Shown here: positions 55,801-64,000 of the stretch, piece by piece
Layout: every line of letters begins with the position of its first letter
Position numbering within the stretch: the stretch's first letter is position 1
DNA from: Eledone cirrhosa
Taxonomy: Eukaryota
Direction: 5' to 3'
DNA length: 64,000 nucleotides
NCBI GenBank assembly: GCA_964016885.1
Contig: OZ024743.1
Coordinates: 165,354,001-165,418,000 of the forward strand
Position numbers and translations under genes: made by a program
The notes under the pieces: model-generated
Database searches by the model: none
Told to the model about the DNA's origin: nothing
Seen by the model: only the letters and a program-made list of their open reading frames with translations

Positions 55801-56219
55801 TCCTCCGTTCTCTCGTCCTCTTCACCTTCATTTCCCACTGGCTCGTTTGTCTGGCATACTACACCCTCCATCTCCAAGCTATTCTCTCTGCTCAGTTCCT
55901 CCAGTTCCAGCTCGCTTATCCACCCATTAGTTCTTATTACCCGAGCCTGCCCGGCCAATTTTTGTTCATCTAATTTAAATAGACCAATCTCGTTCCAGAT
56001 GTTATGTATCCGTCTCCTATAGCCCCTCTCCTTGGGGTTACTTTTCAGGTAACATTGCATAACAGTTTTATTCAATTCTTTCGTCCAGTTGGTTCTGGCC
56101 CCTTTCCTTCTTCTTCTTCCTCCAACACCAGCAGTATTTGGTTGACAGTCAGGTTCCTGCTGCTGAGCCAGGGAGCACCTGTTGGGTGAGAGTCTTTCAC
56201 ATGACGTTCTAGTCTCCAT
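52830..56219 (-). CDS. R4/Dong-clade non-LTR retrotransposon ORF (RT, CCHC zinc knuckle, restriction-like endonuclease), 1129 aa, uninterrupted
   Basis: [74 protein letters not shown]; 3' end abuts (TAA)n. Confidence 0.95.
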   Translation of the reverse strand: METRTSCERLSPNRCSLAQQQEPDCQPNTAGVGGRRRRKGARTNWTKELNKTVMQCYLKSNPKERGYRRRIHNIWNEIGLFKLDEQKLAGQARVIRTNGWISELELEELSRENSLEMEGVVCQTNEPVGNEGEEDERTEEPPEADNGLNTEINNTWNRDTATEEMNADGLGQDSVDILNLVVDELNNDSGRPMNLRFVDRKKLKETTAKVNKVIPYLEARSLHQCNNILKATENTVRKLLGIKARGNNRQERAEPWWKKRLSGQIKEMRNDIGKLESLQNGTLKNIGTKNRLEIKYKTRRKKLNIIIEELKQRIVAKSAKIRRYENRVSQYKQNRMFDNNQKMLFGQLEGKERGNDLIPEAEQTKTFWRGIWEQDVRHNDQAGWIETVQREIGEQAHKQTDLSITVETLKRQAKKLTNWKSPGPDGVQGYWIKHLTSLHPKLTAMFNDCLVSGEVPEWLTKGTTVLIMKDRIKGNDVTKYRPITCLSVMWKLLTSLVSEEIYHHLHTNNLLPDEQKGCRKKSRGTKDQLLIDKMVMGNCRRRHTDLAMGWIDYRKAFDMVPHSWITKSLEIFKVADNIRQLLSRTMGSWETELTSTGDSLGSVKIKRGIFQGDRLSPLLFVLALMPLTIMLRKVRAGYKLGRGELTINHLLFMDDLKLFGKSEELDVLVDTVRIFSSDICMQFGISKCGVIVMRRGRLSRSNGIQIPTGEMIKEIDSEEGYKYLGVLEADGIKNKKMKELLRTEYIRRIRSVLKSHLNSRNAISAVNSRAVSIIRYSAGILRWNVAEQKEMDRKTRKLLTIYNMFHKRSDVDRLYLRRSEGGRGLISIEDCVQMEKNNLYKYVTDSKEPMLRTVLKEGTVGQGMSKEEITSRRKSSLQGKSLHSTFFEKTEFRDPQTWNWLRRGDLKKATEGMLMAAQEQALKTKWLKHHIYKEEASPLCRICGEREETVAHIVSECKHLAQTHYKGWRHDVMGRVIHWPLCKVNNLPHSEKWYERRPEAVMENDQMKVLWDFRIQTDKKLEHNRPDLVVVDKEKRACLIVDVACPFDTRVQEKEREKINRYQDLKWEVKRIWNCHEVKVIPIVIGALGTISKSFQGWLKKIGPFTLFGTLQKACLLGTARTLRYVLNI

Positions 56220-57470
56220 TTCACCGTTATTCGAACTGTTTAGGTTCGATATTTAAACACTCTTATCGAGGATTGTCGAATGTATGGTTACATAGCCATC
56301 TGTGGATTCACCGTCTCCGGTGGTTGCGCCGTTCCATTTGGCACTTGTGTGGCATTATCACCACGCTGTAGACGAACACAAATAAACAAACAAACACACA
56401 GGCATAAAAAAAACCAAGAATGAATAAGCATAAGTTTCATTGTAATGTAGTGTTCGAATGTCTGACTTAGTTTTTCCCTTCTCTTCTCTGTCCGTCCGTT
56501 TGTTTCTCTCTTCATTCTTATTTTCTTTATGTTTTTTTTTTGTTTTTTGTTTTTGTTTTTCTCTGTTTGTTTTTCTCGTTTTTTTTGCTGTTGTTGCTGT
56601 GCTGTTTTGGTTTTGATGTTTGTTTTTTCTTTTTTCTTTTGAGCCTATCTATATATATTTTGATGCCTTCCTCTTTTTTAGTAGGAATTCTATAATGTGG
56701 TGGCAGCCACTAGCAGAAGCAATGGGGGACAGTAGCGGCGGTAGCGATACTGAGACAGTGGTGGTGGTGATGTCGATACCGAGGCAGTGGTGGTGGTGAT
56801 GTGATCGTATTACTGTAGTGATGGTGTTGTAGCGGTGGTAGCAATGAAGGAGTGGTGGCGGCGGTGATGGTGGGATAGTGGTAGTAATGATGGCAGCAGT
56901 GATGGTGTTGTTGTAGCGGTGGTAGCAATGAAGGACTGATGTCCGTTCGGTGAATCTATGGGGTTAGTCGCGTATATGTGTGTTGACCTAAATTCCCTTA
57001 ATGTTGGGATTAAACAGTTTGTTAAGACTTGGGACAATAATAATAGTATTTATTATTATCCTTATGTTAAGATTGGTTGTGGTGGTGGTGAAATTGCCGT
57101 TATCTGGCTGTTGTGTTTAGTGTACACAGAGAGGTGATGGGGTAGGTGGTGTATCTAGTTTCTGGTGTTGGTGAGATTGGTGTTGTTTGGCTGTTCTATA
57201 TAGTGTAGACAGAGGAGGGGGGGGTTCTTCTTCCATTTATAGCCATTTTCTTTTTTGAATATACAATGTACAATACAAAGTTGAATATTTGAATATTTGA
57301 GCCTTATAACAATATATTTGGGGTCCGAATTTTTGGGGGGCTCAAGCCGGATGGTTTACGTAGCATTTGTACTAAGAGTTGTTATTTCACAAGTGATTTA
57401 AATATGTTAAAAATTGAAAACTTACGGGAGCGATTTCATGACCTTCTACCACCTCGTGCGTCTTCTTCCC

Positions 57471-57571
<101 letters not shown>

Positions 57572-57580
57572 GTTGTTGTT

Positions 57581-58585
57581 ATTCCTTGAATCTCAGTCAT
57601 TGATGTTGGTTAACTGGAAAGTCCGTTGGATTGAATATCAAGCCACTACCTGCAGCCTCAGATATTCAGGACGTATCGGAGGGTTCTTGCTGTTCCAAGC
57701 AAGCATGCCTTTTGAAGCGTTCCAAAAAGCGTGAAGGGGCCGATTTTCTTTAACCATCCCTGGAAACTTTTGGAGATAGTCCCCAGTGCGCCTATAACAA
57801 TCGGGATCACTTTGACTTCATGGCAGTTCCAAATCCTTTTCACCTCCCACTTTAGGTCCTGGTATCGGTTAATTTTCTCCCTCTCCTTCTCTTGCACTCT
57901 CGTGTCGAACGGGCAGGCCACATCCACAATCAGGCACGATCTTTTTTCTTTGTCCACAACCACCAGGTCAGGTCTATTGTGTTCCAGTTTTTTGTCCGTC
58001 TATATCCTAAAATCCCACAGCACCTTCACCTGATTGTTCTCCATCACCGCCTCTGGCCTATGCTCATACCATTTCTCAGAATGTGGTAAATTGTTTACTT
58101 TGCACAGGTGCCAGTGGATCACCCTGCCCATCACATCGTGTCTCCAGCCCTTATAGTGGGTCTGGGCTAGGTGTTTACACTCGGACACAATGTGAGCCAC
58201 AGTCTCCTCTCTCTCTCCACAGATCCTGCACAGTGGGCTAGCCTCCTCCTTGTAGATATGGTGCTTCAACCACTTCGTTTTGAGGGCCTCGTTCCAGATG
58301 TTATGCATCCGTCTCCTATAGCCCCTCTCCTTGGGGTTACTTTTCAGGAAACATTGCATAACAGTTCTATTCAATTCTTTCGTCCAGTTGGTTCTGGCCC
58401 CTTTCCTTCTTCTTCTTCCTCCAACACCAGCAGTATTTGGGTGACAGTCAGGTTCCTGCTGCTGAGCCAGGGAGCACCTGTTGGGTGAGAGTTTGTCACA
58501 TGACGTTCTAGTCTCCATTTCACCGTTATTCGAACTGTTTAGGTTCGATATTTAAACACTCTTATCGAGGATTGGCGAGTGTAAC
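57581..58585 (-). mobile_element. Non-autonomous R4/Dong derivative with ~2.5-kb in-frame internal deletion
   Basis: HNIWNE|ALKTKWL fusion near 58288; both UTRs retained; stop at 58000; (TAA)n on both flanks. Confidence 0.92.
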
Positions 58586-58586
58586 C

Positions 58587-58654
<68 letters not shown>

Positions 58655-58655
<1 letters not shown>

Positions 58656-61600
58656 AGTTGCATTTATCTTGATTTATGTTCATACGAGTTATCACCAAGT
58701 CACAACCAGTGACCTCAAGAGACAACAAGGTCCGCCATGTTCAAGAAAGAACATACATATTCACACATGCATCCTTAGTGTTTAGACTTGTGATGTACTT
58801 ATATTGACAGAATCTTCCTTAGTATATGGGCAGTTCCCATTAGTACTATCTTTTGTATTTCTCCTATACGCGGGTTTCCTGGGATTTGCGATATGTAATC
58901 ATTAGACCCCTTAGGTATCATTCCCAGAGCGCCTACAACCACTGGTATTGTTTTAGTTCTCAATTTCCACATTTTTCCAATTTCTATCTCCAGGTCCTTA
59001 TACTTGCTCAATTTTTCAAATGTTTTTATAGATACATTCTCGTCTATTGGAACAGACATATCAATTAGCAGGCATACCCTCTTTTGAAAGTCTTTCAATA
59101 TTATATCAGGTCTGTTTGCATCTATTTTTCGGTCTGTTTGGATGCTAAAGTTCCACAAGATTGAGATGTGATCTTTTTCAAGTATGGGAGGTGGTTGATG
59201 TTCCCACCAATTCTTTTGATGGGGCAGGTCAAAATGCTTACACATTATCCAATGTATGTATTGTGCAGCTCTGTCATGCCTGTTTAGGTATTCAGTTGGA
59301 GCTATAGGACTGCACATTGAAATTATATGGTCAATGGTCTCTGGTTGTTTTTTGCATACACGGCATAATGGGCTGCATCCATTTTTTATTATGTTGGCTT
59401 GGTAATTTTTTGTCGGCAGACACTGATCTTGTGCGGATATAATCAGTCCTTCAGTCTCCGATTTCAGTCCAGAGGATGCCAACCACTGATGGGTTAAAGT
59501 TTTGTCAACATCAGGATTGTTAGCTCGCTCTGGGTATTTTCCATACAGAGGCTTTTCTTGCCATTTCTTAGCCAGTTTCTGTAGCAGTTCTTTCTTTGCA
59601 GTTACTTTTACCTGCTTTGCTTTTTCTGTGTTTTTCATTTCAGCAGTAAATGGGACTTCTGAAATTTGTAGTCCATTACTGTATCTTTGTGCAACTTTTG
59701 TAATGGAATATGATCTTTTGATGCTTTCGTGTTTCAAAACGAGTTTGATCATCCAATCATGTGATTCCCTTAGATATGTAGATAATCCAATTGTTGCAGT
59801 TTTCAACGCAATGTCTAACTGGATTAACCCACGTCCTCCTTCTTTCCTAGGGAGATATATTCTATCTATATCTGCTTTAGGGTAATGCATTCTGTGCATG
59901 GTTAAGAATTTTCGAATTTTTGTATCGAGCCTACGGATCTCTATGCTTGACCAGTTGATGACATTGTAACTGTAGGTTACTACTGGTATGGCAAGCGTGT
60001 TTATGGCATCGATCCTATTCCTTGCATTCAATTCCGTTTTTAAGATTGCTCTCACTCTGCGGTAACATTCCTTCCTTATCCTTTCTCTCATTGTCGAGTG
60101 CTTGATTCCTAGATATTTGTAAGTTTTTTCTTGATCAAGTTCTCTTATCACGTTCCCCCGATCAAGATTAATGTCTGAACTCTTCAGCAGCTTTCCTCTG
60201 GTGAACGTTGCTTTGGCGCATTTATCTAGTCCAAACTCCATTTTAATGTCATCACTGAACTGCTTCACAGTGGATAATAGCCCTTGCAATTGTTCATCAT
60301 TTTTTGCAAATAGTTTCAGGTCATCCATGTAGAACAGGTGATTAATGGTTTTGTCATAGACTCTATATCCATGTTTTGTTTCATTGAGCATTTTACTTAA
60401 TGGTATAAGCGCGATGCAGAATAAAAGCGGTGATAAAGAGTCACCCTGAAAAATTCCACAATTAATATTAACTTCTCCAGCTTCCAGTGATTTTGTTTCA
60501 CTATTCAAAAGGAGTGTCGTTTCCCATGTCTTCATACTGAATGACAAAAACCTCCTGACAACGGGGGATACTTTGAAAATCTCTAAACATTTTTCAATCC
60601 AACTGTGTGGCAAACTATCAAATGCTTTTTTATAATCTATCCAAGCAATCGATAGATTATTGTGTCTATTATGACAATCTTCCAGTATCATTTTGTTAAC
60701 CAGAAGCTGATCCTTACAGCCATATGAGCCTCGTTTACACCCTTTCTGCTCAATGGGAAATAGGTCATTTGTTATCAGGTGGTCATATGTGTATTCAGTT
60801 AGGACTGATGTTAAAATTGTATACATTGTGGTCAAGCAAGTTATCGGTCTGTAATTTTTGGGATTGATGGTCTCATCATTCTTCGGAAGCAGGAATGTAA
60901 TGCCGTCAACTAGCCATGAATTTATCTTTTCTGGCTCCTTAACTATTTCATTGTAAAGTTGGGCTAACAGCTCATGAGACTCTGTGAAGGCATTTATCCA
61001 AAAGTTTTGTATTTTGTCTTTTCCTGGGGATTTCCATTTGCTGGTTTTTCTTAGAGCCAAGCGCAACTGTTCAACTGTTATATTTTCCCATGTTTGTTCC
61101 TCAAGGTGAGCTGTATCTTTCATTTGTCTGTCTATCCATGGGGCATGTATGTTATGAAATTTCTTTGGTTGTTTTTGAACATATTATTGTCCTTATAGAA
61201 TCTAGATCGTTTTTCAAAGCGCCTTATACGAGCAGCTTTGGCCGACACTTTTTGCTTGATTATTTCTATCAGCATGTCTATGTCACATGTTGATTTTATA
61301 CTGTACTTTTTTTTCAATTTTCTAAGTTTAGTTTGTTTAACATATTCACCTACTTTATAGTTTGTTAAAATTTCTATGTCAGATCGGAGAAGGTTTATTT
61401 GGCGATTGATGTTCTCTTGCCAAGTAGATTTCTTGTGGGAATTCCTTTGTTTTTTCATCTTCACTCCACATAAGTGAGTGGTGACTTTAGCCGATGCATA
61501 ATAGAGATGATTTAAATCAGTAATGTTTAGTTTGTTTGTGATGATAATGTTTTTGAGAATTATGTTAGTCTTGTGTACTATCTTTTGGTTCTGTTTGGAG

Positions 61601-62500
61601 TTCTGGATCTTAGGGAGGGTGTCTCGTTGCCCCATGTCAGATTCTTTCATTTTTCATCCATTCGATCATAATTTCATCCTTCAAGTTGGCAAGTTCATTC
61701 TCATTCATTTCTTTATCATTTACGATCTCATTATTTTCATTTGGAGTTTCATCCTGAGCATGCACTCCCTCCACTTTTTCGATCCTTTCTTTAATTTTTT
61801 CTGTTGCCAGTGATTCCGCCCCAATCCTGGGATTCGAAGTGTTACAGTTTACCTCGTTTTCACTGACACATGTTTCATTTTCCCCTCGCTGACTTTGTGC
61901 TAATAGTTTGATCTGATCAATTTCTATATCAGTTAGTAACTTTTTTCTTACAATATTTCTTCGTATATTGGCTAGTTTGTTGCTGTCAATATAGCCTCTT
62001 TTTTCGGGATGTTTCTTTTTCCAGTTGATATATGTCTGTTCTGTATTCGATGTATTTGATGGGTAGTACATGGCAGTGTAGAAAGCCTCAAGGACTTCTT
62101 CATTATCTTCCCTTGACCATTTTTCTCTCTTTTTCTTTGGATTTCTTGGTGGTGAGCATGGAGGGCCAACAGTAGGAGTATTCCGGTTATGGGAGGTCTC
62201 CAGCTCCGAAGTGATGGGAAGGTTTGAACCATTAGCTGATTTTTCGACCCCAGTCTGGTTCCTCTCTGAGGGACGCGGCCCTTTTTTACCCGGGTGACGG
62301 CCGATCCGGTATGAGATTTTATCATTAGACATTTACTTTATTTTGTCGCGTTTTATCCTTATCCGCCAAGGGGTAATCATTTCGTGTTACCACTTCTAGA
62401 ACGAGTGTCAACCAAGACTAGAGGGGTCGTTCTCCCCTAGAGACACGGCTATTCCCCGCCGGCCGCCATCCCGGTATTTCTTGGTCGCGGGGTTTTCATT
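58655..62500 (-). mobile_element. Second R4/Dong family, full length, two frameshifts (~61640, ~61130)
   Basis: ORFs 61637-62332, 61132-61650, 58799-61123; FYMDDLK, CRVCKKQPETIDHIISMC, RHD, RPDI; 3' end at (TAA)n. Confidence 0.93.
62398..62492 (-). ncRNA. Predicted multi-pseudoknot RNA in the R4 5' UTR
   Basis: Six to seven complementary segment pairs within 95 nt (see findings). Confidence 0.6.
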
Positions 62501-63091
62501 TTGTTGTTTTTTTAAATTGTTATTATCATGAGTGGTTCCTTAATGTGAGCATTGCGTGGCTTAAGAATGAAATTATTAATAATTGTCTCCACTCCAGGCA
62601 CAAGGCCAGCAATCACCCAGTGCATTACAATAATATAATATACTTTTTGTTGTGGTTGGCTGTTATAGTTGTTGGCTATGTCGGTGGTGGTGCCGGGGCT
62701 TTTTATATTGTTGGTGAGGAAGGGGTGAGCGAGCAGTCCCATAATTGTTGATGTGGCCAGGTCACTAAGTCAATCTATTTATATCTTTTGCTAGCCTCTC
62801 CCTTGTCTAGTGATACCGCCACCTTCCCCTTTCTCTCTCAAGTTAACAGGGGAATAGTGGTGGTAGCATTGAAGGAGTGGTGGCGGCGGGGAGATGTGGG
62901 AGACAGTAGCGACGGTATCGATACTGAGACAGTGGTGGTGGTGATGTCGATACCGAGGCAGTGGTGGCGGTGATGTGATCGTATTACTGTAGCGATGGTG
63001 TTGTAGCGGTGGCAGCAATGAGGGAGTGGTGGCGGCGGTGATGGGATAGCGGTGGTAATGATGGCAGTAGTGAGTGGTGGTGGTGAAATTG

Positions 63092-63399
63092 CCGTTATCT
63101 GGCTGTTGTGTTTAGTGTACACAGAGAGGTGATGGGGTAGGTGTTGTATCTAGTTTCTGGTGTTGTTTGGCTGTTCTATATAGCGTAGACAGAGGAGGGG
63201 GGGTTCTTCTTCCATTTATAGCCATTTTCTTTTTTGAATATACAATGTACAATACAAAGTTGAATATTTGAATATTTGAGCCTTATAACAATATATTTTG
63301 GGTCCGAATTTTTTTGGGGCTCAAGCCGGATGCTTTACGTAGCATTTGTACTAAGAGTTGTTATTTCACAAATGATTTAAATATGTTAAAAATTCAAAA

Positions 63400-63400
<1 letters not shown>
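63092..63400. repeat. ~280-bp module preceding (TTA)n (also 52097-52348 and 57095-57420); GGT-rich block upstream (56720-56935, 62855-63070)
   Basis: tatctggctgtt..tagtgtagacagag..tttgtactaaga in three copies. Confidence 0.85.
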
Positions 63401-63460
<60 letters not shown>

Positions 63461-64000
63461 GGCGACCTACATAGTAAATCGTATCATCGTGAGCTCCGCA
63501 AAGGTTTGTAATTTTCAGTTATTTAAAATTGCCATTCATGGAACATTTTTATTGTTAACTCTATATAAGTGCGCATACATTTCCAAAACAAATCCTCCTG
63601 TAGTTTTGTCGTATTTTCCAAAACAAATCTTGTATTGTTTGTTATTGCTTGTTAAATACGAGGTTTTTGTTGTATTTTACAAAACAAATCTTGTATTTTT
63701 GTTATCGCTTGTTAAATACGAGGATCTTATTCAAACCTTACCTTCTCGCTAACAACTCAACATTAATTCTATCGTATTTTTCAAAACAAAACAAAATCCT
63801 TCTTCTTCTTATAAATTCTTATAAATTCTTTTAAATATATTTGTTATTTCGAGGACCGTATTTAAACTCTTAATTCCCGCTCCTACTATCCTCTCCCCCT
63901 CCCCTACTCCATGAGGGTTCGCGGTCAGCCACCCCACTCTACATCATGCGGCCACCCCCCCCCCATCTCTCTCTCTCTATCTATATATATGAGATAAACC

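Overview
AT-rich, gene-free animal repeat region. The SINE, (TA)n density and element mix suggest a cephalopod/octopus-like mollusc; this is inference. No host gene is supported, and nearly all short ORFs are microsatellite artefacts. The window is a nest of retroelements. (1) Penelope-like elements (PLEs; RT + C-terminal GIY-YIG) of Hydra-like (GLYRDD, CxC-x5-CPL) and Neptune-like types sit in (TA)n tracts with tandem and inverted pseudo-LTRs. (2) A cluster of R4/Dong non-LTR elements sits in (TAA)n, one with an intact 1129-aa ORF. (3) CRE-like, CR1-like and tRNA-SINE fragments are also present. The main hidden layer is RNA. By manual reading I count about 39 type I hammerhead ribozyme (HHR) motifs from about 15 families. 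They include a 5-copy 320-bp retrozyme-like array, several non-coding '1.x-mer' mini-elements with fold-back ends, recurrent non-canonical cores (U3-A8, U4C) and family-specific palindromic stem III sequences. A multi-pseudoknot RNA is predicted in the R4 5' UTR. All RNA structures were inferred by eye and none has been computed or tested.
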